DNA from: Camelus ferus
Lineage: Eukaryota
Direction of reading: 5' to 3'
Assembly: GCF_009834535.1 (NCBI RefSeq)
Contig: NC_045697.1
Coordinates: forward strand, 51,834,001-51,898,000
DNA: 64,000 nt
Below the pieces are notes generated by a model. The model ran no database searches and had not been told where the DNA came from. It saw nothing but the letters and a program-made list of their open reading frames with translations. A program made the position numbers and the translations under genes. Below are positions 51,008 through 62,311 of the stretch, piece by piece; the first letter of the stretch is position 1, and each line of letters starts with the position of its first letter.

Positions 51008-52503
51008 GTATGTTACTCACAGTCAATTTAGATTTTGCATCTTGAAATCCATTTGTGTAGTTCCTGTTTGGTGAGCTCTCCAGACTCACTGGTGCAAGAC
51101 TGTCTACCGGTGGTTTTGTGTTTGCTGTGTCACTACCTGCTAAAGCTAAGCTTTAAATATACTATCTTATTTAATCCTTCTGATAGGCTAGAAGGGAGTT
51201 GGGATACTTTTATTTTATAGATGATAAAGCCAGGACTTATAGCGATTAAGCAACTTGCTTAAGTCACACATCTGGTAAACAAGGGCTTTTTATATGTTGG
51301 AGCAAGCTCTATATGAAAAAAGGATATTTCATCAAAAGAAGTTCATCTGCTGTTTTAAATGCTCCACACGCAGATACATACAACTGTTTGGTCTGGAAGG
51401 CATATGCTGTCCGCTCCTAATTACCTGCACTAGTGTTTAGACCTGAGAATTCTAAAGCGTTGGCGCCATTTTTGTGGAAATGTACAATTTCTGCATTAGG
51501 TTATAGGAATCAGAACAAAAAACCCAGGTTCAAAATGAGTACTAATTTTATTAAAAAAAAAAAAAAAGCTATGACCATAAGGCTGTATGCAGATAATTAG
51601 TGGTGTAGACAATGGATATATGGGTAAACTGGTGTTTGATATCTGTATTTTAAAATCTATCTAAAGAATGATAAGATGTTTACCATTAGAAAGAGAGTAG
51701 GTGAGAAAAAAGTACACACATTTGGTTATGATAATGTAGCGTTTTAGGAAAATAAAAAACATTCTTAAGAGTGAGAAAGCTAAGATTCTGGTCTGGCTCT
51801 GCAACTGCCTTACTTGTATCCATCACCATAGTCTTTCTTTGTAACCCATATTTCTCAGCCACAGATAGTTACCAGGATCAAATATATGGAAAGTACTTTA
51901 TAAATCACATGAATGTATTGTGATGTTTTGTTAACACCTGGAATACATCATCTCATGTAGAAAACTTGACAAATGTTTTCGGCTTTAAGTTGGCTCACTA
52001 GGATGGGCATTTTTATTGTTTATATCTGACTAGGTCATACCCACAGGGATAAAGAGAAGCCATTTGATAGCTTCAGAGCCACCAAACCATTATAATGTTT
52101 TCATATTTAATGTTCATAATAATTTCTCTTTTTAAAAATGTTTAATTTTAATATTTCTATGATTTTTAAATATTTATTTTGTCTTAGTTGCCAACTTATA
52201 GAGAATCTGCATGCTAATTCTCTTTAAAATCCCAATACTGTTTCTTTGAAAACCATAAGATAGAAATAGTGTGCAGAATATTAAAAGTCATCTAGAGAAT
52301 CATTGATTATCATTGTTATTTTAGAAAAGCAGAATAAAAGTACCCTACACTTGAATTCTGAGGTGGTGGTGGTTTTTGTTCTTTTCCTTCCCATGCCACA
52401 ACTTTGACTGTTGACTTGGAATTAAACTGTCCGAGAAACATGACTTGAGGAAACCGTAGAGCAGCTGTGGTTGGTACGAGTCATGCCATCTGTACGTCCC
52501 TGA

Positions 52504-52683
<180 letters not shown>

Positions 52684-52697
52684 TGATAATCATCTTT

Positions 52698-52831
52698 TTT
52701 TTTTAACATTTTTTATTGATTTATAATCATTTTACAATGTGTCAAATTCCAGTGCAGAGCACAATTTTTCAGTTATACGTGAACATATATATATTCATTG
52801 TCACATTTTTTTCTCTGTGAGCTACCATAAG
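52698..52831 (-). mobile_element. Young, very short L1 3' end with perfect 13-bp TSD
   Basis: gataatcatcttt at 52685-52697 and 52832-52844; the body is the reverse complement of the 3'UTR end at ~23665-23800. Confidence 0.92.
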
Positions 52832-52919
52832 GATAATCATCTTTAAAATGACATGCATGGACACTTTTTAAGAAAACCACAGTACCTCACGTTTCATCGT
52901 GGTACTGTGTTAACATCGT

Positions 52920-53390
52920 GCACTATGTCCCGCGGCCGCTAGGACAAGTCACCATAGACTCAGCGGCGTAAAACAACGGGAAATTATCTCTCCGTCCTGG
53001 GGGCTGGAAGAAAAAAGTCAGTTTCACTGAGCTGAAATCAGTGTGCAGTCAGGATGGTACTCCCTCCAGAGGGTCTAGTTGCGAATCTGTTCTTGGCTGT
53101 TCCAGCCTCTGTGTCTGCCTGAAGGCCATGACATGGGGCTGCACCACTCTGACCTCTGACTTTGGGGCCACACTGCTCGCTTCTCTCCTGCGTGCACATT
53201 TCCCTCTGCCCCTCTCTTATAAGCGTACATATGATGGCATTTAGGGTCCACCTGCATATCCATGATAATCTCCCCATCTAAAAATCCTTATTTAATTACG
53301 TCTGCAAAAACTGTTTTTCAAACAGGGTAACATTTACAGATTTCAGGGATGAGGACCTGACATCTTTGGGACCACCATTCAGCCCACGAA
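52920..53390 (-). mobile_element. MLT1-type MaLR LTR
   Basis: taaaacaac…ggctggaag…ctctcttataag…gcatttagggtccacct…ataatctccccatct…cattcagcccac. Confidence 0.8.
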
Positions 53391-54820
53391 TTATAGGCTA
53401 AGCAGCAGCAGCTCAGCAGAGTATCTGGGCCCCTGCTAATGGGATTTGATGTACTGGCTGGCACCCCCACTCCTTGTGAAAGTTGTCCAGAAATCAAGTC
53501 ATGTGAACGTATACAGGAGATTTGGCCTTGCTCCTTGGGGAAGGATGCCCAGAAGGTTTCAATCTCAACTTGTGTAGTGAGGATTGAATGCTCAGATACT
53601 GGCCAAGTGCCAAGCTACAGCACTCATGAGGGGAAAGATCACGAAACCCAAAACAAAGGCATGTTAAGAACTCAAGTTGAAGAGCCTTGACTAGTTTGGA
53701 AATAAGATATTGTAGATGGGACCAAAACCTGGCAAAGAAGATTTATATAGCTTTTAGTGCTTTTAAAGCCCTTTAAAGCTCTATTTTGAATGTGTATACA
53801 CTGTACTTTCTATAAGAATTACAAGCATCATCATCATAATAAAACCCGCCATTATTCATGTTTAAACTATGTTAGGCACTCTGCTAGACACATTACATGC
53901 GGCGTGTCGCATTCGGTATTACAAACCTGTGACCGAAGAAACAAAGGCAGCTATGAGTTGATTCGTTTTTGCTGTATGAAAAAGATATCCTGTGAGCCAA
54001 CTCCGCACATCTAACTTCCCTACATATATTTGTGTTCTGTTTAAATTTACCGAAGTTGAGTTTGAAGAAACACTTTCACTGTGTGTAGGATGAAAAAAAC
54101 AAGTCCAGATGTCGGGAAGGAGAAGAACCAGCAGCTTCTGAGCATCTGCTGTATGCTGGGCCCACTCAGCTCTCAGCCTCTGCAGTGTCTGGGTTTTAGT
54201 ATTCCCACTTAGACTTCTGGTCAGGGGGTCCTTATGCTACTCATGAGCCTTTCCAGTTCCCAGTTTTCCTCATCTGAAAGGGAAAGATAATCTGTCTGCC
54301 CTATCTATTGCTCAGAATCATTGTGAAGGGAGATTTCAAAAACTACATACAAGTGTTTTGCAGCATGTTATGATAATTATTTTCTAAGTTAAGGCATATA
54401 GTTTCCTGTCATTATTTGAAAGGGGAGCATATCATCCTTAAAAAATAAAACTCCAATACTATAAATAGGAGGGATGAAGGACAGACTAGCACCTGCTGGC
54501 AGGTCAGGTGCTCGGAGCATCCTTACTTAACCAGTAAGATGATGATGTTTGATACTCACTGGTCTATGGGTCATTTAAAAACTTGTCTGAGTGAATGTTA
54601 TTTTCTCATTTTACTCATAGACTTAACATATGCAAGTCTAAATTACCCTGTGTATAGGGCACCTTGTTGTTGTAAGTGCTTTGGGATCATTTAAAATGCA
54701 TTTTCACTTGAAAAAGAAAAAAAAAAGACAAGAAGTGAAGTTCTCCACCTGGGGTCCTTGTGTAACAGCTTCGGCTCTAGCACATGCGTGATCCCTGATT
54801 GCTTCTTGTCCTTTCCTCAG

Positions 54821-54966
54821 TGGTGCTATAAGGGTCACTGCATGTGGAAGAACGCCAATCAACAAAAACAAGATGGCAACTGGGGATCATGGACCAAATT
54901 TGGCTCCTGTTCCCGGACGTGTGGAACTGGTGTTCGCTTCAGAACACGCCAGTGCAATAATCCAAT
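54821..54966 (+). CDS. ADAMTS3: ADAMTS3 exon ~12 (146 nt), thrombospondin type-1 repeat 1
   Basis: ctttcctcag|TGG TGC…CCA AT|gtgagt; [48 protein letters not shown](M), with WxxW and CSRTCG TSR motifs. Confidence 0.97.
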
Positions 54967-55861
54967 GTGAGTATAACTCCTGTCGTTCGGGTTATTTGGG
55001 GCGAGACCAGAAAATGCTTCAATGTTATGTTATTAATAATCTGTTTCGTGAAGTACCTGTAAAAGACAGACCATAAAAACTAAGGGTTTAAGTGTCTATT
55101 TGGGGTAGATCCCTATTTATCAGTCTAATGAAGAGTAGTCCTTAGTTAAGATTAGAGATTTTTGAAGAAATTGTTGTTTGGGAGAATTACGGAGCGAGCC
55201 GGGAAAGGGGATCACTGCGCCCTTAGGCCCTGGGCTCCGAGGCTGTGAGTCCCGCTGTAGGAAGCACAGGCTGTTGGCAGGAGCAGCCCGGCCACAGTGG
55301 CTCCCTCACTTCAGAGTTCGGAGTAGAGCTTCAGAGGTGGGCGGCAGGAAGATGGGGAAAGAAGGCCAGGGAACTGTTGGGGGCAAAGTTATCCATTAGT
55401 TCACTTGAATAACTTTTTTGAATCCCTGTTGTGCACTCAGCAACCCTTATTTAACTGGAACATCAGACTTAGGACATTCTTCCTTGTCTAGGGTTAACAT
55501 GTGAGTACCCATTTTCTTTGGCCACAGGATGGCTCTGAGCCTGTCTTTTATAAAGACTGAGTGTGACATTCAAGTCTTCGTGGGGAGGGATGGTGGTAGC
55601 ATTTGTAGAAGCAACAAACACAAAAATCATGGAAGTAAGAGCAGCTAAGTTTCACTATGAGCCACACTCTGTTCTAAGTGTTTTAAACATGCTAACCCGT
55701 TTAATCCTCCCGGTTTTTCTCTAAGGAAGAGAGGATTATGGTCTGCATGGTGCGTGTTAGGAAAGGGAGGCATGGAGCTGTGATCAGTGTTTCTTTGTGT
55801 TGCGTCTGCATGTTTTATATGTGAGAGAAAATATAATTTTTCTGAGACCATATGCCTCTTC

Positions 55862-56017
55862 TTGTTTCTTTTTTGTTTTAGATTTGTTTTTTGTTTTGTT
55901 TTGCTTTTTGGTTTTGGGGTTTTCGTTGTTGTTGTTATTAGTGGGAGTACCAGGGGTTGAACCCAGGACCTCATGCATGCTAAGCACATGCTCTACCACT
56001 GAGCGATATCCTCCCCC
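55862..56017 (-). mobile_element. Vic-1-type tRNA-derived SINE (camelid) with long A-rich tail
   Basis: Minus strand: gggggaggatatcgctcagtggtagagcatgtgcttagcatgcatgaggtcctgggttcaacccctggtactccc, then an A/C-rich tail. Confidence 0.88.
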
Positions 56018-56303
56018 CTGTTTTTTGTTGCTTTATATACCGCCATGCAGTTAAAATATATTGTTTGAAAATAATACTGTTTTAAAATATACTGATTCAA
56101 GTTGAGTTTGGGGATTCTTTCTGTCACCCGCCTGGCAGGGAGAGGATAGTGCGTTTGGAAAGGAAAGCTTAGGAAGTATGAGTTCATTCACTCTGTGCTG
56201 GCAGCTCAGAAGCTCTGGCTTTGTGCCCTCCAGCCCTGTGTCTGCAAGCTTCAACTGCTGGACCAGAGCCAAAAGGCCTCTTTCAATATTGTCTTTTCTT
56301 TAG

Positions 56304-56479
56304 GCCCATCAATGGTGGTCAGGACTGTCCTGGTGTTAATTTTGAGTACCAGCTTTGTAATACAGAAGAATGCCAAAAGCACTTTGAGGACTTCAGAGCA
56401 CAGCAGTGCCAGCAGCGTAACTCCCACTTCGAATACCAGAATACCAAACACCACTGGTTGCCGTATGAACACCCCGACT
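56304..56479 (+). CDS. ADAMTS3: ADAMTS3 exon ~13 (176 nt), end of TSR1 / Cys-rich domain
   Basis: cttttctttag|G CCC ATC…GAC T|gtgagt; PINGGQDCPGVNFEYQLCNTEECQKHFEDFRAQQCQQRNSHFEYQNTKHHWLPYEHPD. Confidence 0.97.
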
Positions 56480-57347
56480 GTGAGTAGTAGACGCCCGCGC
56501 TTTTCCTGCTGTGTGGATGGTGACTTAGAGCTTAAGCTTTGTCAACACCGATCCCTCGGACTCTTGATCCCTGCTTGGTAACTTAGAAAACTTGGTGCTT
56601 ATGGGGGTAAGTCCTCCTGGGTTTCCAAGAATCGGGCTCACACACGCCTTTCTCTGGTGAGGTGAGAATTATGGAATAGTTCCTGGCAAGCAGCACCACC
56701 ACCGTCACTCCTGAAAAGACGAGTGGAAAGCAACTCCTGTGAGAGATGTTGAGTTTTCCGGTGCAGCTGGAATCCCTCCTCTAGGAGACGCTTCTGGAAT
56801 ATTGTGGTCTTTCCTTTCTGAATAAATAGAGGAGGATATAGTTATTTTACAACTGAGTCAGGAACAAGAAAAAGACCGTTATTGAATAACAACAGGCACT
56901 TCATGACCTTTTACTTTTGTACTGTACGCTAGTTATTAAGAAATGCACGTGGAAATCCCCTTGTCATGTTTCACTTCTTTCCCCTGAATTTTCGGTGAAA
57001 TCTGTTCAGATGGGACCTTCTTGACACATTTCTTAGTTAAGTGAATAAAAATGAGTATTCACGGCATTATTGTGTGATGTAAGACACTGCAGAGTTCAGT
57101 TGAAAAACTGTTTTAAAGGAGAGATGCGTATGTGTAGGAATTCGAAGTTGCAGTGCATTACTCTGACTTATTTTGGTGAAGTGAGTCACATAAATTACAT
57201 TAGATTTAATTAATGAGATCCTATAAGAGGCAAAAAGTATACTAGGCCATTGGGTTAAGCGAAAGAGAAACCCTTTTCAGTGCTTTAAGTGTCACTAAAA
57301 TGAAATTGATTCTGAGTGGACGTTCATTGAACAGCTGTGGTTCAATC

Positions 57348-57480
57348 TAGGGTAGCCGTACACCCTGGTTGCTTGGGACAGTCTCAGTTTATACCTGTTA
57401 TCCCTGTGTAGTTATTAATAGAGCCCCTTTTCACTAGCAAAATCACCCTAGGTTAGATGTCAAATTGTAGGGTCACCCTG
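57348..57480. mobile_element. hAT-Blackjack MITE (MER94/MER81-like); related remnant ~11839-11950
   Basis: tagggtagcc…gggacagtctcagttt…ggtcaccctg terminal inverted ends. Confidence 0.6.
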
Positions 57481-57658
57481 GTTAAAACAAATATGCCAAA
57501 GATGCATACTTTCCCCTACTGCTTATTTTATCTACTGACACGGTGTTTTGTTTTCAGGAAACCACATTGAAAGTGTATATTTTAAAACTAATGTAAACTG
57601 TACTGTTCAACTATACCATTTTATATAAGTAGTTGACTTAACCGTCCATCTTATGCAG

Positions 57659-57792
57659 CCAAGAAAAGATGCCACCTTTACTGTCAATCCAAGGAGACTG
57701 GAGATGTTGCTTATATGAAGCAGCTGGTGCACGATGGAACGCGCTGTTCCTACAAAGACCCGTACAGCATATGTGTGCGAGGAGAGTGCGTG
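57659..57792 (+). CDS. ADAMTS3: ADAMTS3 exon ~14 (134 nt), Cys-rich domain
   Basis: cttatgcag|CC AAG AAA…TGC GTG|gtgagt; [45 protein letters not shown]. Confidence 0.97.
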
Positions 57793-58573
57793 GTGAGTTC
57801 AAATCGCTCCCCCAAAGCTTCACACAGTGTCATACATTCTACCTTTCCTCTCATTCATCTGTGTATTTTCAAAAAATTTTTAACGCTTTCTTACTAAGAT
57901 CACAATACAGTGAGAATCTATAGATAATTCAGTAGCTAAATTCGGAAGAAATTGCACTTAATAAAATCAAACTTTAGTCACTGGCAAAATCAAGATGTAA
58001 ATAGTTTTCCTAATTTCCAGCAGATGCTTGTAGGGGTGGGGGAGGGTAGTTACTCGGATGCCTCGCGGCCGGGAGTAAGGCGTGGGAACCGTGCTTTTGC
58101 TCTGACTACTTTATAGTAGCCATCCGCCAGTATAGTCCTAAGTCTTTTTTTTTTTTTTTTAAATTCAGTGCCAGATGTGTTTTATCTTTTGTTTAAAAAG
58201 TAATGAAATCTTCTCTTTCTCCCTCTTTCGCATCCAGTTAATTCTAAGTTTAAACACTGAAATCCACATCACAACAAAAGTACAAGTACTTGAACTAAAA
58301 TTTCCCTGAAAGTAGGGATGATTGACTGTGGATGCTGGGGGAAATATTTCATTAGCCTGTGGGAAATTTGTCCTTTGATACCCAGAGTACCAATCGTTTG
58401 GGTATATAGTGGCTCTTTAAGAGACTGAGTTATTAAAACCCAGAGTTAGAGTGGAAGTTTGGTGCAGGCTGCCTGACTGTGGGCTCGTGATAAAACAGAT
58501 GGTGTATCATTCTCCCGTGTGCTGGCCTTTACTTGGCATATTAAAGTTTGCATTTAAAACGTTCCCTCCACAG

Positions 58574-58697
58574 AAAGTGGGCTGTGATAAAGAAATCGGT
58601 TCTAACAAGGTTGAAGATAAGTGTGGTGTCTGCGGAGGAGATAATTCCCACTGTCGAACCGTAAAGGGGACCTTTACCAGAACACCCAGGAAGCTTG
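58574..58697 (+). CDS. ADAMTS3: ADAMTS3 exon ~15 (124 nt), end of Cys-rich / start of spacer
   Basis: ccctccacag|AAA GTG…CTT G|gtaaga; [41 protein letters not shown](G). Confidence 0.97.
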
Positions 58698-60680
58698 GTA
58701 AGATGAGGTGTCTCATGAACTTAATATCCTTCTCTATGATTTGCATTTTTGAGACTTCTCTTAGGAATGCAGCATTTTCTCTCTCTCTATAAAAAATTAG
58801 CTGCTGATTTACTTATTCAGATTACCTTTTTCGGCATTACCTAAGCAACTTTGACAGTTCCTACTCCATAGCATCTATGATGAAAAATTACCTACTAAAT
58901 TTAAATAATGAACAAATAAAACCAATATCAATTATAGTAGTTACCTAAAATCCATGTTTTGTTTAATTTTGTATTTTTAATAAAATGCATTATGCCTAAT
59001 TATTAGAATTGTTTATTCTGACTTTTCTGCTGCACATAAATTACTCATCAGAAGTTAAAAAAAATCATGAAACTTTAAATACAACTTTTAAAATATTACA
59101 TTTATTTTGCTTCCTTTCTTCTTTTATTTTAAAAGTGAACAAGTTTATCCTGTTCATAAGTCTATTAATGTAAGGTCCATATTTCACATAATATTTAAAA
59201 TTTTATATTAAACAAGTTTGAGGCATATACGACCAAAAAATAACCTGATATACAACTGCTTGTGTGTGTGAATTTCTGTGCTTGTTACACAGTCAGTGGC
59301 CTGGACTTAGGCATATGGTGAAGGTTCAACAGATGGAACCAAAGCAACAAATAGCATGCAAAATTATTAGTATTTTCATAATATTCAGCAGAATTTTCAT
59401 AAAAGATTTAGATACAAACATTTATGAATGAATATCTTCTTAAGTTTATAACAAACATCATTCAGTTATTCATTAAGCATTTATTGGGCAAATGTTTCTG
59501 GGAATTCAACATTTAAAGATAAATTTAATGTGTTACTTCCCTTGAGAAGCCTCTTACATCATCCAAGATATAGTCTCTTAAGGAACGATAGAAAAAAGAT
59601 AAAACAAAACAAAAACAACGAAAGATTTAGTTTACTCAGAGCACATTGACATGGTGGTAATTTTTCCTTGTAGAAAAAGAAAAGAAAGTATAAAAAAACT
59701 AGTCTTTATTCAAACAGAATAACTGTGTTAGTTCTTTTTACTCCCATTATACCCCAGCTACCCAACTGAAGCCATTTCCACACATACCAGCTTTGTTCCT
59801 TGATGTGTTGAGGAGGGCAGAGCTAGGTGACTGTGTTCTAATCTGTTTTCCTTAGGCATTCCCTACTCCCGTTACTAATGTCTTGGCTATTCCTGTGTGA
59901 TAATTTACTATGCTTTCCATTTTGAAAACTGTTAAAAAGCAAATATTGCCATTTCTGGCTGATTATCTTATTTTAATAAAGCAAACAGAATTAGAATTAT
60001 ACACATATGGTTTTGGTGGAATAATGTGATTTTCTCCATCTTAATGTGAAATAATTTACCATGCTCTTTATTGCAGTTATGTGTTATTCTTTTAGGTGTA
60101 AAATAACTCGTTTTGTTTTATTTCCAGAGTAAACTCATATGAAGAAAATGGGTTTTGCCATATTTATCCATTCTATATTATGTGTAACATAAGGTAGTGA
60201 TTTTTTTTCAGATACCTCAAAAATTATGCTAAACCTGTGAATCAAGGTCAGAAGAAGAGAAGAAAGCTTTAACCAGCCATACGGATTCAAACTGTTCAGA
60301 GATAATCTAGCATCCATTTCTTTGCACTAATGTTGTCATCACAGTTATTCAATAGACTAATTAACCTTTTCCAACAGGGAAAAATTTAAGCAAGAGGTGC
60401 CATAAAGAATTCAAGTTGCTGGAAAATGAAATCTGCAAGTATTCAACTTCAAATCCCCTATACCATTTCTCGTTCACGCTTGGTCTTACTTTCATTGACT
60501 ATTAACAGTTTATTGGCATTAGCTAACTATTATAAATGCATTTTGACTTCAACATATAAAATTATGGAACGTATTTTCTATATTACCTGATAAAATCTAC
60601 ATAGCTTATAGTATAGTCAATTAAACAGCAAGACTTTGATAAACACGAACCCTTAACTAATTAAAGACATTCTGTTTAAG

Positions 60681-60764
60681 GGAAGACAAGAGGCGCCTTC
60701 ACTTTACCCAAAGGAGCTCGTAATATTTCTCTTGCTGAAACAAGGGAAGCTAAAAATGTACTGG
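60681..60764 (+). CDS. ADAMTS3: Candidate alternative ADAMTS3 exon '16a' (84 nt), paralogue of exon 62054-62134
   Basis: tctgtttaag|GG AAG ACA…GTA CTG G|gtaagt; phase 1-1 and stop-free: (G)KTRGAFTLPKGARNISLAETREAKNVL(A). It aligns to (G)[26 protein letters not shown](A). Confidence 0.85.
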
Positions 60765-61988
60765 GTAAGTTGTAGCAAACTGCGGAAAGATGGGCATCCA
60801 TGAATGGCACCAAGCTGTTTCCTGCACTTGGCATCTCAAGCATATTACTCTAGCTATTGGTACTCCAGCAAACATGGTACATTTCATAGACTGAATGTGA
60901 CCCAGGCTCAGGTGCTGAAAACCCTGGCCCCAAAATGACCCCATCATTTAGAATAAATATTTAGAAAAGTTAGATAAATCTATCCATAGGTAAAAATTGT
61001 CCATATAGAAAAGACAGAAAACCCAGATTTCTTTCTGATTCCATCAGCAATTTTGTATTTAAGACTCAATTTTCTGTCATTACTCATCTATAATAGATGA
61101 ATTATATGTTTCATAATGTAATAAAGGTGTGAGTTGCATAATCTTCCTATATTCATTTATTTTTGATGGAAATGAGGGAAAACATCTTGTTTTCTCTGTT
61201 TGCCCTGACTATTGTTGCTTTATCGTTATGATCTTAATTCTAAATGATCTTAAGGTAATTTTTAGGATACGTGATAATACTAAGAAGGTTTGGCATTATA
61301 GGACAATGACTGTAATATCACTGATAACTGACTTTAAAACACAAGACAATTTATTAGGCAAGTTGGTTTTGTGATTTCTCAATTAGAAGGTTGAGCCTAG
61401 GGTGTATGTACCACATAACTTGCAGACATTTTTCCAACCAAATCTACACCAGATATTTTAAAACATTCCCAATTAAAACTTGTTTAAAGCCTTAAAATTA
61501 ATTGCTGATCACATGATAAGTGAAAGCAACTCACTGATTTTTCTTTTGTAATTTCTTTAAAATAAGGCAGGCTTTGAAATATGAAGAGATTTCATTAATT
61601 AGAATTTTAGCTATCTCTGCTTACCACTTAGGCTTTTAAAATAATATATAAGCAGACAAAATATCTCAAGATATTCACCAACTAAGTGCACCAGAAATTG
61701 TACCCATTTGAAAGGATGGTTTAGAAAATTAAAATCACGTACAAAGACACAGAAAAGTATAGAACTGTTGTTGACACAATTTGTAGGGTCAACACAAAAT
61801 AAGTAACGAATGGGTTAGAAACAAGATTAACTTCTTTCCCTGTATTTAAGAATAAAAATTTTCCTCTGATCTCCTGCCAGATGTCACCAAAGCCACCAAA
61901 GCTTTGAGGTTAATTTCTGAAACTGCTTCTTCCAGTTTATGGATGCCCTCTTCTGCACTCAGGAGCAGTAAGAATGAAACAGTGCTCA

Positions 61989-62053
61989 ACTAACCACGGT
62001 TGTTGCTTTTGTTCTCTCCTTTGCTTCCTCCAATATTTACTACACATGCAAAG
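61989..62053 (+). promoter_or_regulatory. Putative distant branch point (ACTAAC), polypyrimidine tract and AG-exclusion zone of exon 16b
   Basis: actaac at 61989-61994, pyrimidine tract ~62000-62031, and no AG between 61983 and the acceptor AG at 62052-62053. Confidence 0.65.
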
Positions 62054-62134
62054 GGTACCTTAAGATGTTTGATATACCCCCTGGTGCTAGACATGTGTTA
62101 ATCCAAGAAGACGAGGCTACCCCTCATATTCTTG
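62054..62134 (+). CDS. ADAMTS3: ADAMTS3 exon ~16 ('16b', 81 nt), spacer domain
   Basis: catgcaaag|GG TAC CTT…ATT CTT G|gtaagt; (G)[26 protein letters not shown](A); phase 1-1. Confidence 0.95.
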
Positions 62135-62205
62135 GTAAGTGATTCTGCCCACTGGCTCTGCTGTAACATGCACTTAAAATGAGAAATGTCAAAGAAATAA
62201 TATAG

Positions 62206-62311
62206 ATAGATAGATACCAAGATATATACATATATATCTATATATATCTATATATACATACATACATATATAGATATAGATATATATGTATATATCTTGG
62301 TATCTATCTAT
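62206..62311. repeat. Perfect 38-bp inverted repeat with 30-nt spacer
   Basis: 62206-62243 (atagatagataccaagatatatacatatatatctatat) is the exact reverse complement of 62274-62311. Confidence 0.93.

Noticed and set aside
55940..56017. tRNA-like sequence (also 43245-43318)
   Set aside because: A-rich tails and divergence show these are SINE copies, not tRNA genes.
60212..60246. Possible third exon-16 copy or poison exon (ttttttttcag|atacctcaaa…atcaag|gtcaga; 'ga tac ctc aaa' resembles GYLK)
   Set aside because: The available acceptor puts it out of the GYLK frame, it is 35 nt with an in-frame TGA, and there is no further similarity. Unsupported without RNA-seq.
60651..60657. CCTTAAC resembling a U12 branch site upstream of exon 16a (spliceosome-incompatibility mechanism)
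   Set aside because: The flanking donors are GTAAGA/GTAAGT (U2-type), not RTATCCTT, and the distance to the AG is longer than typical for U12 introns.
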